A stretch of 64,000 nucleotides of DNA from Neoconidiobolus thromboides FSU 785 (GCA_025603075.1 MU626258.1:259457-323456); one strand, 5' to 3'. Positions 1-12,751 are shown, counted from the stretch's first letter. A program made the numbers and translations. Notes: generated from the letters alone by a model not told the origin.

Positions 1-672
1 CTACAATAGCAAATGCTTTTATTTCGATTTCATTTTAAGATAGATACAAAGACTATAGTTTATGTCCTTTTGAACCTCGAATTAGTATTCGAGTTCTTAG
101 TTTTTAATACATTCTGTTCATTTTTTTACATAATAAATGCTAATTCTAAAATATTATGGTTTTAAGAATTAATAAGGAAAAAAGTGTTACCAATTACAAT
201 GTTTTTAGCAATCAAAGCATGAATCAAATAAACTTGATTTCTTCTTGGCTTTTGTAGTCCTAGTTATTGAGTGTTTAATTCCTTAGGCAAAAGAACTTCC
301 TCTCTAAGCACAAGACCCTCTCGCAAAGGATATCATTATTCTTAATATACTTACACATAATACATCTATTTACAAAGTAATATCATCGTTAGTTGTTCTG
401 ATATATTCTGTTTTTCCATAGATTATACTTTCAGAAATAGCAATATACAAAGCAGCACTATAATCTAAAAGTTAGCAAATGATACCTTTAAAGGTTTGAA
501 TCTAAATTTTTATATTGATTGTTTGGAAGGAAGTTATAAGCATATGAGTATCAGTAAAGCTTAGAAGATTTTATATCGATAAGCTATGGTCATTACAGCA
601 AGTTCACCAGCTCTATTATTAATCTATGTCTTTAAGTGCTAGCTATTCTAAAGCTAGTAAGTTACGTTACCT

Positions 673-755
673 GAGGTTTTTTTGGCTTCACTTTTTCCAT
701 CTTTTAAGCGCTATTTGAGTGGAAAAATTATTAAAATTATTAAAAATACATTCCC
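673..755. mobile_element. MITE-like element copy (truncated)
   Basis: Core ttaagcgctatttgagtggaaa; end aaaaatacattccc. Confidence 0.75.
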
Positions 756-890
756 ATCTATTTGCAATAAATCTTAAAATCATAAAGATAGTAATTTAAT
801 CTGAAAAGGAGTTTAAATAAATGATAATATTTTATTTGACAGTAATGGATATTAAGAGAGATATTTCACTTTAATAGGAATGCATAGTAA

Positions 891-1850
891 TTATTGAATT
901 TTGTTTCCAGGTTTTTGGAAATGTTCTAATAGTAAAGTCAGTGCTTTAACTAAAGGATCAGAGCTGTTAGCGTCAACGCCATTTTTGTTGATAGAGGAGG
1001 CCAAATCGGGAGGCGCTGTAGCCAGCTTAGGTGCTTCATGGATATTATTAATAACAATATTTACTTTGTCTTTATCAATAGGAAGGTTGTTTAATGGCAA
1101 GCTACCTATTGGTAAGCCTGGGTTATTAAATGACTGTGTTGATTGTCCGAAACCTTGAGAGCTATCTGACATACCTAATAAATTTGGTCCACCTTGAGTT
1201 GGTATGCCTCTATTCTGTGGCATATTGATATCTGGTCTAAATTGGAAATTAGGCTGTAGCCTCTGTCCTGTTAACCTTGGGCTGTTAACAGTATTAAAAT
1301 CTGTATCGCTCCCATCACTAAGCTCGAAATTATTTTGTAATTCATGTACGCCCCCTCTTTGAGAATTTTGAACATTATTATCTCCTATCACCATCCCATT
1401 TCTATCTTGAAAGCCCTGCATACTACTCATAGCCATCGCATTTTGATTGGGCTGAATGAATTGAGGATTGTTTGATGCTAGCTGAAAGTTACTGGCTTGA
1501 GCGAATCGAGGGTCATTGGATGATAGCCTAAAGTTATTAGCTTGAAAGGGATTAGATTGGGGGCTATTAGCTTGAAAATTATTAGCTTGAAAATTATTAG
1601 CCTGAAAATTATTAGATTGAAAGGGGTTAGATTGAAGATTGTTATGTTGAGTAAATTGAGGGTTATGGACATCATTAAATGAATCTGACTTAGAAACACC
1701 CTTTTTCGGGTTAACACCAAAGTTTGTTGAGCCATCTGCTATATCAACTATAGAGTTCAATATACCAGCTGGGTTACGATCATCACTTAAAATGAAAGCT
1801 GGGAATACCCTATTTAATAAATATAAAATCGTTAATATAAAATACTTCAT
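891..1850 (-). CDS. Putative secreted low-complexity Q/N-rich protein with [SA]N[NPS][FP]Q pentapeptide repeats (319 aa, orphan)
   Basis: Intronless ORF with ATG at 1850; hydrophobic N-terminus MKYFILTILYLLNRVFPAF; tandem 15-nt repeats; Q/N/S/G-rich body; no Cys. Confidence 0.8.
   Translation of the reverse strand: MKYFILTILYLLNRVFPAFILSDDRNPAGILNSIVDIADGSTNFGVNPKKGVSKSDSFNDVHNPQFTQHNNLQSNPFQSNNFQANNFQANNFQANSPQSNPFQANNFRLSSNDPRFAQASNFQLASNNPQFIQPNQNAMAMSSMQGFQDRNGMVIGDNNVQNSQRGGVHELQNNFELSDGSDTDFNTVNSPRLTGQRLQPNFQFRPDINMPQNRGIPTQGGPNLLGMSDSSQGFGQSTQSFNNPGLPIGSLPLNNLPIDKDKVNIVINNIHEAPKLATAPPDLASSINKNGVDANSSDPLVKALTLLLEHFQKPGNKIQ
1531..1650 (-). repeat. In-frame 15-bp tandem repeat (attattagcttgaaa-like) encoding SNPFQ/SNNFQ/ANNFQ/ANSPQ
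   Basis: About 7-8 degenerate 15-nt units visible directly in the sequence and translation. Confidence 0.9.
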
Positions 1851-2500
1851 CTTTTGTAAAGAAAAAATAAAATCAATAATATTTATCCTTTAATCCTTTA
1901 TATTAGACTATCTTGAACTGAAAAATTCTGAATACTCTTTTAACCATTTTTATGTTGGAACTTTTATACTTAATTATATATACTTCCTATAAAATATAAG
2001 TTTTCATTCAACAAAAGCCATATATATTTTCCATTTTTGGTTAATTAATTTAACGAATTGGAATTACTGATATTTATCTTTTATTATAACAAAATTATGA
2101 AAAAAGAGTTAATAAATAGAATGATTTAAATTAAAATGAGTATTTTCTAAATTCATCAAAATGCTTAAACTTATTGAGCAACTAAATGTAATAGAATTGT
2201 TAGTTGAAAGATCTAATATATCATTTAATATAGTATTATAGTTATGTAATGAAATAAAATGTATAAACAAATGATAAATCATAGGAATTCATTTCGCACA
2301 ACATACACTAAAAACCAACTAAACTTAACTTAACAAAACATTCCTCTAGTATACAGCGAATACTTGATATTGAGGATTGATTTTATTAACAAACGTGGGG
2401 TGATTTTACAATAGTGCCAAAAAGAGTTAGAAAAATAAAATTAATTTATTAAAATGAAGTCGATTACTTTTTATAATTTTTACTTTTGATTTTTATTAAT

Positions 2501-2827
2501 ATGCTCTTCAACTTCTATTTATTTTTTTGTTTTACTTTATTAGCTAATTCGTCTCCTATTACTCGCCAAGAAGTGGATGTCAAAAAGGATATTAGTCAGA
2601 GTATAGCTGAAAAATTACTGCCAAATGTATCAAATATTCTAAATAATGGGGTACTTTCAAGTTTGATTGACACAAAAGGTACGACGAAAGACACATTGAG
2701 CAATACCAACCAAATAAATGATGAACTTAAGTTAACCCCTAATATTAATGAGCAGTTACTCAATCATGAGCCTAACCCAGATGAAGATGATCGTGTTGTT
2801 ATAAAGTTAGTCCCAAAAATACTTTGA
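2501..2827 (+). CDS. Small putative secreted protein (108 aa, orphan)
   Basis: ATG at 2501; signal-like MLFNFYLFFCFTLLANS followed by SPITR, a typical fungal pro-region; divergent from the 891-1850 gene. Confidence 0.65.
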   Translation: MLFNFYLFFCFTLLANSSPITRQEVDVKKDISQSIAEKLLPNVSNILNNGVLSSLIDTKGTTKDTLSNTNQINDELKLTPNINEQLLNHEPNPDEDDRVVIKLVPKIL

Positions 2828-3376
2828 CTATTTTTTTCTATCGTGAAAACAGAACCTTTTTATATTAATACTATAAAATAATAAATTTATATTTTATTAC
2901 CCTTATATTATTTTATTCGTTTTGATATCACTACCAAGGTTGAGCTCATCAATATGATTGGATTATTCTACCTAGAAATTTAAGTATAGAGTAAACATTG
3001 GTGAAGGGAGCTCTTTATAAGAGTGAAATTATATAACTTTAGGTATTTAAATGGTTTCAATATTGCATCCACATTTCTCTTCCAATGCTTAAGCTATTTT
3101 TCACTTTAAAGGTTCGATATGAGATACTTGAATATAACACCATGATTTCATTAAATTCACTTAATAGAGGTATCTTTCGATATTCGGATCTCCATAATAT
3201 CTTCATTTTAAGGCATATCACTTATATTTGAATATTAAATGAACAGTTAGATAGCTTTACTATACTCAACTTTATAAAAAATATTTCGTTTCATGCTTTT
3301 AATTAGAGCTATCCAATAAAAAGTCACATAGTAATAGAAGATGACATTTTAAAGTTTTGAACTTTTGTTTTTTAAA

Positions 3377-4938
3377 ATGATAAAATTAAATCAAAAATTA
3401 GCAACACAGAGTATTAGAGCTTTGAAAAGCTATCCAACTACCTTAAACAGGCCAGGATGTTTTAATAGAACGCTATTTACTAACATTAAGAATTTGAACA
3501 AATCAAATAATGCATCCAAGAGCTATAATGTATATCGAGGAGATCAAAAAAAGGTAGCATTTCTTCCTTTACTTTTTAAATTCTCAGTAGTCACTTTAGT
3601 TGGTGCAACTGTATATTATGTTTATAACTTAAGTCAAATCGATGCCTCATTAGAATTAGAAGGAGAAGAGGCAGGTGAAAAAAGGGAAAGAAAGCAAAAG
3701 ATCCAAGAAAAGCTTAAAGATATAACCCCAATTTCGGAAGAAAAAGCAGACTTTTTACTCAACGAAAATCAAAATCAAATCAGTATAGATTTGTCATCAG
3801 TTGAAAACCCAATAACCAGTAAACTGAGAATATACTCGAATCAAGTAGCTTCTAATTCACCTATTGAAGATCGATTTTTTATCTCAAGCTCGCCTGAGAA
3901 TAATCAAATTATTCTAGGAGTATTTGATGGACATTCTGGATTTAATTGCTCCGAATTTGTTTCCAAAAAACTGCCATCGGAATACAACAAAATTGTATCG
4001 CCGTTTATCAATAGCGTTTCAGCTGAATTACTTGACAGAGTGACAGCTATGAACAGAATAGAAGATATTCAGAAAATCATTAAACAAACTTTCTTATCAG
4101 TAGATAATCAAATAGTTTTTCGCCATAAAAGCAATAAGTTCAAATTAGGAGATTTATTGCCAGGGATCAATGGTTCATGTGCTATTATGGCTAGTGTGGA
4201 TGTTAAAAACGGACATGTATTTGTATCAAATACTGGTGACTGTAGAGCTGTCATTGGACGTTTGACTGAGGACGGGAGATGGAGAGCAGTGCCACTTTCT
4301 ACTGATCATATCACTCAAAATCCTTCTGAATTTTCAAGAATATTGAAGTTACATCCTGGAGAGGAAGATACCGTTATCAAAAGGGATCGTATATTGGGAT
4401 CACTTCGTAAGTTTTATCAAGCTTAAATTTATAATTTATTTATATGTATTTAGAACCAACAAGAGCATTTGGGGATGCTAGATATAAGTGGAGTATAGAA
4501 GATCATGAAAATATTTATCAAAAAGTACTTCCTAATCCTAAACCAATGCCAAAAAACTATTTATCTCCACCTTATGTGACTGCTGAACCCGATGTATCCT
4601 ACCACAAATTTGATCCTAGAAAAGATAGATTTATTGTATTAGCTACGGATGGATTATACGATGAGCTGACTAACCAACAGATAGTTGAATTGGTTGGGGA
4701 TCATTTAGTTTCACCTCCAGATTCTAAATCAGGTAAAGATTATCGTAAGAAAGCTAATACTACAGACATATATAACTTTAAAGACCTTAATCTTTCTACC
4801 CATTTGATTCGAAATGCTTTAAATGATTGTCCTTTAGATAATCAAGAAGGAACCCTTTTACGTAAACTTTTGGCACTTCAAGCACCTAAGTCTAGACGCT
4901 ATCGCGATGATATTACTGTGCTAGTTGTTACTTTTTAA
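3377..4938 (+). CDS. PTC5: Mitochondrial PP2C-family pyruvate dehydrogenase phosphatase (Ptc5/PDP-like)
   Basis: Motifs SNSPIEDR, GVFDGHSG, NTGDCRAV, LSTDH, F(IV)VLATDGLYD, RYRDDITV; presequence-like N-terminus; intron 4407-4453 joins GSL-Q-PTRAFGD in frame. Confidence 0.93.
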
Positions 4939-6376
4939 TCTAATTGATGTTCTATTTTGAGAATTAAAGTATAGCAAATACATATTTATCGTTTCTCTTT
5001 ATTCAATTTATCTAATATTAGTATCGTTTTCTAATGGTTTTAAAAAATCACTATTCACAGCCATGGTAAGTTATTTTCAAGTTTAAAATCAATACATTCT
5101 AAAAAAGCCCTTAAAAGCTCTATTGAATTGTCTACTTTAATGTTCATACTAAACAACACTATTAAACTCATATAAATTATTCATCTTGTTTAATTTTACA
5201 GTGTGTTAATGTTTCAAAATAAGCTCTTACTTTTTAAACATTTTATACTTAAAATTTCAAACTATTTTAATAGTAATTTTAAGTTTCCTATAGTACAAGC
5301 AAAAATAATACTCTTTTCTAATACTCATTCAACTATAATGTCTAATTTAATATGAGACTTGTAGAGGCAATATTTCATATAGATATTAATATGATGATAT
5401 CAAATACAGTTACAAAAAAGGAATACTTTTCAAACATCAACCATTAAGAAATGAATATTCAAAGTTGAGTACTTGTTTTTTTGTAACAATTTTTGCAAGT
5501 ACTATCTATACTACATTTACCTATCATATTTATTTACTTATTTAAATTTAAGTAATAGTTTAACCTTAACATTGCTATTGCTATATATGTAAAACTTGGC
5601 ACATTTGTTAATAAAAGATTTGATTAATTGTAGACTAAATGAACATGTTAAAAAATACCTTGAGAATTCTGAAGAATATTCTGACCTTCCATCTCTTTTT
5701 GTTATATAGAGGATAGTGTGACTTAGTGAGTTTGCGTTTTCTTGGACTTGATTAACCAAGAGCTGAACCAGTAGAGAAGCTCTCACCCTATGATACATGA
5801 CTTCTATCCTATAATATGTATAATTTTTGTTAACAAAACACTTGGGTACCTCGGACATTTCATGAAGTTAGAAAAAATTGAAACAATGGTAGAAAACTAC
5901 TATAAGCTCTACGATAACCAATAACAATTAAAAAAAATGGTAATTATGAAAAATTACTGTCTAATAGATGTTTTGTAAATTCTAAAATTAATTAACATAG
6001 TAATTATATATATGCTTGAAAGTCTAGTTGAAATCAAGAGTATATTTTCGATTTAAGTACATTTCATGACATACCTGGATATACAGTGTTTTCAAAACTA
6101 AACAAGTTGATAAATATCTTTGATATAGAAAAAACTGACTGTAGCAATTTTATTTCTTGTGAGAATTCGCCTAAAAAGGGAAATTACTTTAAAAATATCC
6201 CTATATTTATAACTTGACTAATTTAAAAATATTACATGGTCGGACTGTAGTAGGAATGCTGTATCATCTTTAGGAAGCCCCATTATACTTTTAATAATAA
6301 CAATTATTCATGTGGTTTAGCTATTGAAAAGTCAAGCCTCAAGTGTTTTATTGAGCCAAAATAAAAGTAAAGATAT

Positions 6377-6475
6377 GGGGATGTATCTTTGTGTTTAAGG
6401 ATTTTACTAACAAATTTTCCACTCAAACAGCGCTTAAAAGATGGAAAAAATAATGAAGTCAAAAAAAACACTCCC
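6377..6475. mobile_element. MITE-like element, full copy
   Basis: atat|GGGGATGT...ACACTCCC|atat; family core in reverse orientation. Confidence 0.9.
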
Positions 6476-8040
6476 ATATTAAAAACCAAAAATACAAAAA
6501 GAATCTTGAGTAAATTGATTCAAGTAGATTTAGAAAGTAGCTCAGAAACAGATTCAATAAGCCTAAACGAAGTGTTTCAATTCACGATTTGTATAAAAAA
6601 CGAAATTAAGTAACCTCTGTCCAACACAAGGATGTTATTATGGTCAAAAATAAAATCAACTAGTCGAAAAGTAAGGATATAGATTATAGTCAAAGCTTAA
6701 AAAAGCAGATAAAAATTATAAATAGATCAAGTCTCAAGCTAAAATTGGTGATTGAGTGATATTATTTAAAAGAAGAATATCTATTTGTATTGTTAAAGAA
6801 TGGTTTTAGAATCATATGTATATGTTATAATACAAAATATTATAAAAATATACTAAACGTAGATTGGATGTTTTTCACTTTTATATTTAATGAATATAAA
6901 AATATAAAGAATCGTTATAATTAAACTCATTAAATACGAAATAAAAAATGCCCAATTTACTTTTAATTTATTTTCACAATATCACAAACGAATATTAATA
7001 ATTTTATAAGCCATTTATACTATATTTAATATTGTCAGATTACTTAAGCAGTTAAAAGCTTAATTTTTAAAAGCATAATTAAATAATATTAAATTGAATT
7101 TTGTAATGCGCAAGTTAATATCATTGAAGTGATTATAATTCTTCAAAGCGTAATTACTTCAATTGAATATTACATTAAATCAACTTAAAATTATTTTTAG
7201 ATGAAAATTAATTTCTCTTTAATTATAGCTATGTTATAGAGATATATCAATCGAACGTGAAAATTTCAAGAATAGCAAGTGAAAAAAAATTATTATACTA
7301 TTGTAATATCAAAGGTATAAAAATAAGGATACAACGTTATTTTGGTCTTTTACACCTTTATAGCTGGCATTTAAAAGAGCGTTAAAACCTAACTTTAAGC
7401 TACATAATAAAAGAATAATGATGGGTAGTTAGAAGTAATAAACCCTCAAACTTGTCTATGCGACTTTACAATATACCATGATAATTTTGTTTAGAATTAT
7501 AGTAAATGTGAAACAATTATATTTTATGATTTATTTGTATAAAAGAACATAAAGGTTGGTCTTTGATTTTAAAAATGCTACTTAAAGCATTAGGTGATTT
7601 GCCATAAATAGTAAATTTGATCAGAAAATTTAAAGCCAAAAATTTATATAGCTGATTTAAATAAATTGTGGCCAGTTTAGCAAAAAAAATTATAATTAAA
7701 TAGTCTCTTCAAATAATCTTTTCAAAGCCTGATCCTTTGTTTTTTTTTCTTAATTCTAGCTAACTATTTTTAAATGAACAGTATAGTAGATCATACTTCC
7801 CTCAAATTAACCATAGCAGAAGCATTCAAGAAAATAAGGCTTTTTTAGAATTGGTAAGCCTTATTTTATGAGTGATTATTTTTTAACAAGCGACTATAGA
7901 GTCACAACACGATCAAATCTATTTATAAATTCATTTTTAATGTTGTTTCTAAAGTGAAGAACAATAACAGAAATTAGAAAGTATATAAGCTAGGAAAAAC
8001 TGAAGAAAAGTTTATCAGAAATATTTGAATCAATCGAACA

Positions 8041-8556
8041 ATGAAATTCACCTCTATTATCCTTGTGACTTTAGCAGCCTTTAGTTTTGTTAGTGCTGCA
8101 AGCCAAACTGCTCCAAGTATTCCACCTGCAGGCGAAGCTGTAACTCCAGTTTTGAATACTGCTCCAAAAAGTAATGTTCAAGCAAAGACCTTTGGTTTGA
8201 TCGCTTATACCTTGAAATCAGCCTTTAATCTTTTATTCGGGGGCTTTGGAAAACCTTACGGTCATGGTGGATATTACAACGGTTACCCCTATTATAGCGG
8301 TATCCTTGGGTGGAATGGATATAACCAGTACTATGGAACTGTTAATAATTACTATACTATTTATTCTCCAAATATTAAATATTTCAATAATGGTGATGGC
8401 ACTTACACTCTTTATATCTATAATATTAATGGTGTACAAGGTGCAACCGCAGTTCAAATTACCTGCCCAGTTAATACCTTTAAAATTAGTAGATCTAATA
8501 ATGGTTATCTTTGTCAAATTGACCAAAATGCTTCTTGCAGCGTCAAATACGCTTAA
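8041..8556 (+). CDS. Secreted Gly/Tyr/Asn-rich protein (171 aa, orphan)
   Basis: Clear signal peptide MKFTSIILVTLAAFSFVSA; biased codon use; TATA-like element (gtatataag) upstream at ~7981. Confidence 0.85.
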   Translation: MKFTSIILVTLAAFSFVSAASQTAPSIPPAGEAVTPVLNTAPKSNVQAKTFGLIAYTLKSAFNLLFGGFGKPYGHGGYYNGYPYYSGILGWNGYNQYYGTVNNYYTIYSPNIKYFNNGDGTYTLYIYNINGVQGATAVQITCPVNTFKISRSNNGYLCQIDQNASCSVKYA

Positions 8557-8906
8557 ACAATAAATTATTAAATATATATTTTTTATTTTTATATTGTTGT
8601 AAACCTTTCATATATCGGGAATTTGAAATTTATTAACTAGATTTAGGCAATAAAAAATATCATCAATACTTTACATTCTAGTAAGTAATACAAACAGCGA
8701 TCACTTTCTAAATTTTTCAATGAGAATAAATTATTCACTCATAACTAAATATTAAATGATACAAAAGTATTTAAATCATGAACCTGGGTTATTGTTATTG
8801 ATAAAATAATGCAACATTCATTTGAAATATCATCAATGACAACATAAAGATTTGCAATGTTAAAAAATTTAGGAATTTTGACTATTAATCTTATCACTTA
8901 ATATAT

Positions 8907-9000
8907 AGGGATGTATTTTTTTGTTTAAGAATTTCACTACCAATTTTTCCACTCAAATAGCACTGAAAAGATGGAAAAAGTAATGAAAAAAATCATATCC
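8907..9000. mobile_element. MITE-like element copy
   Basis: agggatgtattttt...ccactcaaatagcact...atcc|atat. Confidence 0.85.
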
Positions 9001-9205
9001 ATATAGTGAGTTAGTGACAATATAGCTTTAGGAGCCTTTATATTAAATCTTGATAGTATGGATGTATATTGGGCTTTTACCCCAAGTATTAATCTAACAT
9101 TTGCACGGTCATTTTTCGCCATCTTTTTTACTATGTAAAATTTATTCATTAAAACAATGCTTTATTAAAAGTAAGTTTTTAATACTGCTATATATTAAAA
9201 AATAT

Positions 9206-9303
9206 GGGGATGTATTTTTGTGTTTAAGAATTTTACTAATAATCTTTCCACTCAGGTAGCGCCTAAAAAACGGAAAAAGTAATGAAATCAAAAAAATATC
9301 ACC
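9206..9303. mobile_element. MITE-like element copy
   Basis: atat|ggggatgtatttttg...aaaaaatatcacc. Confidence 0.85.
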
Positions 9304-10750
9304 ATCTATTTTTTACTTATAGCTTTCTACGTTCTTTACTGGTTTTATTGTATCATAGTCAAAACAATGCATTAAACCATTTTAGAATATCTTAGCGCCT
9401 ACCGGAAGTTTAATTTAAACATCCGGTTATGCTAAATTAATTGAATTCACTTAATCATCAGGGCAATAATGTTTATCATTCAACGTTCCATAGTTGGAAT
9501 ATATTTGCTCTTGATAATCGATATGGATATTATATTAATTAGCGTTAAAAGCTGTACAAGCGCTTTTAACTACTGATAGTATGCTATAATAATCACTCCT
9601 TTGAGTCTATTACTAGCTATCATAGAAATTGAATATTTTATTGTTTAGAATTTTCTAGTTGCTTTAATATATCCTTATAGTTTGTAATTAACTAAAGTTT
9701 ATCTAAAAAACATGTTGAGTTTTCCCGAGGTAATAATAATAGTAAAAAAAAATAATCTAGTGCAATAAAACTATAAAAATAAAATTACAAAGTTTTCTAT
9801 AAATGGACTCCGCTTAAAAGTATCTTAAAAACTAACCTAAAAACACTATTTTGATTAATAATCAACAATAGCCTAGAAGCTTCCAAAATTAAATTTCATT
9901 CAACTTATAGGCGCATGGTAAAAAAGTTAATCAGATCTTAATATCAGAATCTTATGCTTATTTTTATGCTTATTCAATGAAATATCATGGCTATTTACTT
10001 AATAAGCCTTTCCATTCCTGTTTATACCAATAATTTGGGGCTCAACAAAAATTAATTATACACTATTAAACTTGGAGAGAGCTATTTATATATGATTTTA
10101 ATCAATTTTTAATTATAAATAATAAATTCTAACTTATGAAAACATATTTTGATGAGATTATAAAGGGGGATATTTAATTGTTGTGGGGCTTTTAAGGTTA
10201 GTTGTGACTCATTCACTTTATTTTACTATTTGTTAAGGTCCGAATTATCCTATATTATAGATTTTATATTAGTATTGTTCTTGAAATCGCTTTGTCTATT
10301 CATGTTCCGATTTTATAATGACAGGCTATCGTTACATAATGTACTTAATAAAATATGGATTGTCTAACAAAGTTTATTATTATTGTTCCTTCTAATTTGC
10401 ATCTAATGTATACTAGTATATAAACAATAGCTATATTACACAAATAAGAGTAAGATGGTGCACTTTTATATTAACCGAAAATAGAAGATATAAAAAGTGT
10501 ATTAATAATTAAATTCTAAGCATAAACAACTAAAAAATAAAAAACAAAACAAAAATAGAAAATAATAGCATGAATAGCGATTATAACAATCATTTTTTAT
10601 AGTAATTTGCACCCTAATGAACATTAATACAACAATAAATAGTTTATAATGTTTATTTTTATTTTTACGCAGTTTTTAGAGATCAATAGTATAAAAGAAA
10701 AGCTTTATTCCAATTTTAGGTTAACAAGATAAGATATAATATAATAAAAT

Positions 10751-11347
10751 ATGTCGGCCATTAATACAGAATTATTACCTGATTATACTCAATATTTTAA
10801 TGATATTAAATTACCTACCTATGATCAAGTATCTAAAAAGAAATTTTACATAAAAATGAATTTTTGCCTTACTTCTGATATAACAAGTGCCGTATGGTCT
10901 GTCAAAGAAACACCCAAAACATCAACTTGGTATAAAGTCTATCAGAGTATCCACGGAATAAAGATACAGGACAAAAAGCAATGTAATAACTTATCAATGG
11001 AATCCAAGATTATCCCAGATATCAACAATCAACTTAGATTTGTCATTAAGTTAAATATCATTGCTGCCGAACTTTTTAAAACTAATGATATGTCGTATAA
11101 TTTAATTATTTATAATGAAACAGAAGTTAAAAGATATACCATTATAATAGAAAAAAATAAATATGATAGGATTAAATCATGGAAATTAATGGATCCACAA
11201 GATCTTGGATTTATTTTAGCTTCTTGTAGTTTAACACACACAGGTATTATGTTAGCTGAATTGGAGTTTAATGTTCATTTAAAAATTCATGAATTTCAAC
11301 TTGCTTTGATTTCTTTTTGTCAACTTATGTCTTGCTATTATCGTTAA
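10751..11347 (+). CDS. Hypothetical protein with two LPxY motifs; possible Tubby/LURP1/scramblase-like beta-barrel
   Basis: 198-aa intronless ORF with ATG in aaaATG context; LPDY and LPTY near the N-terminus; beta-strand-like pattern then a C-terminal hydrophobic helix. Fold is inference only. Confidence 0.65.
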   Translation: MSAINTELLPDYTQYFNDIKLPTYDQVSKKKFYIKMNFCLTSDITSAVWSVKETPKTSTWYKVYQSIHGIKIQDKKQCNNLSMESKIIPDINNQLRFVIKLNIIAAELFKTNDMSYNLIIYNETEVKRYTIIIEKNKYDRIKSWKLMDPQDLGFILASCSLTHTGIMLAELEFNVHLKIHEFQLALISFCQLMSCYYR

Positions 11348-12751
11348 TTTTGTATACTAATTTTTTCAAAACGGGTATATCGGTCTATTTTTGAATATTC
11401 TATTGTAATTAAAATTTCTTCTCCCCACTATCGCTATAACGTTTTTTTAAATAGACACCAATATCTCATAATCCGTAATTAATTATCTTAAGTATAAAAT
11501 TAGAATTCAATCAACTTCTGTAATTTATATTATCCGATTTATAATTTAACTTATCCAATATTTCAAATATTCATTAGTATCATTTTATGCTTCATTAATA
11601 AAGCTTTAGACTTTAAACTAAAACTATTCCATTGTTTTAATGTTGTTTTACATTTACTTCTTAAACACAATAATGTCTTGTTTTTGATTATTATTAATAT
11701 GTGATTTTCATACTTTGAAAAGTTAAATCTTTCAATAAATATTCATAGGCTTTTGAAACTCAATTTATCCGCATACTTTTCAAAAAGCTTCCACTTTACC
11801 CGTAAAAACATAACTTTGAAATCAACCCCCTATCCATAAAAAATTTCAAACATCAACTATTTTATATGTGCTAAAAAAAACTTTAATATGATTCCAACAT
11901 CAAAACACATTATATGGTTTAATGGAAATTATAATCAAGATAAATATAAGAATATTGTTGATGTATGATTTTATTAATATTGTTCTTTGACCCTTAATTT
12001 ATTACATATTTAAAACTTGACAAAACTGTGATGAGTGCTTTTACGGAGTAGCAAAATGTTATTTCAATGAAAATAAGTTAATAATGAGTATCAATATGAG
12101 GTATGTTTACGTTTAATGAAAAATAAGGTAAACAGTTCATATCGTTATAATCTATTAAATAGGAAAGAATTATAAATAATTCATGGTTATAGTAACTTAA
12201 TAATTACCATAACATTTATTTATTTTTTCTTTCTATTATACCAAACTAATTTAGAAACTACTAAATTTAGAAATAGATTTTTTTAAAGATTCAATTGTAA
12301 ACTAATTGACCTATACTCCTTTGTATTGTGAGTTGTTTGTAAACCCTGTATAGAGATTTCATTTATATAGGATCTTAATAAACCTTTAATGAATTATATT
12401 TTTATAATATAAGGAATAATTTGATGAAATGAATTTATCTGGACATTATCCAGATTTGTCCAAAGAATATCAAGCTAGATAAATATTTAGTGAATTGCTG
12501 ATCTCTCCTCTGTGTTAGTATTATCTTACTTTGTTTACCAACAAACTATTAAGGGACATGACCTTTAAGAAATCTAAAAAAACAACCAACCGTAGTTTAC
12601 TTAACATTAAAGACGATAAGTTATATCAGCTTGAATCGTTTTTATAAAAAGTGACATGTCATATCAAAATAGTTTTAGTGCATTATACAAAATTTTCTTT
12701 TACTATCACTATGTTTTATTTAATGAAATAAACACTTTTTAATAATGATAT

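Noticed and set aside
901-1735. ORFs 901-1158 (+) and 1478-1735 (-)
   Set aside because: Antisense or alternative-frame shadows of the 891-1850 gene.
5538-6300. Gypsy-integrase-like snippets (MGLPK, FYIKDIYQL, DGRSE) on the minus strand
   Set aside because: Motif spacing (~125 aa vs ~30 aa expected) is inconsistent; similarity could be chance.
6304-6613. ORFs at 6304/6389, and likewise 8937, 23634 and 55601
   Set aside because: They run through MITE copies; their mutual similarity is repeat-derived, not a gene family.
8233-8563. ORFs 8233-8526 (-) and 8246-8563 (+)
   Set aside because: Shadows of the 8041-8556 CDS.
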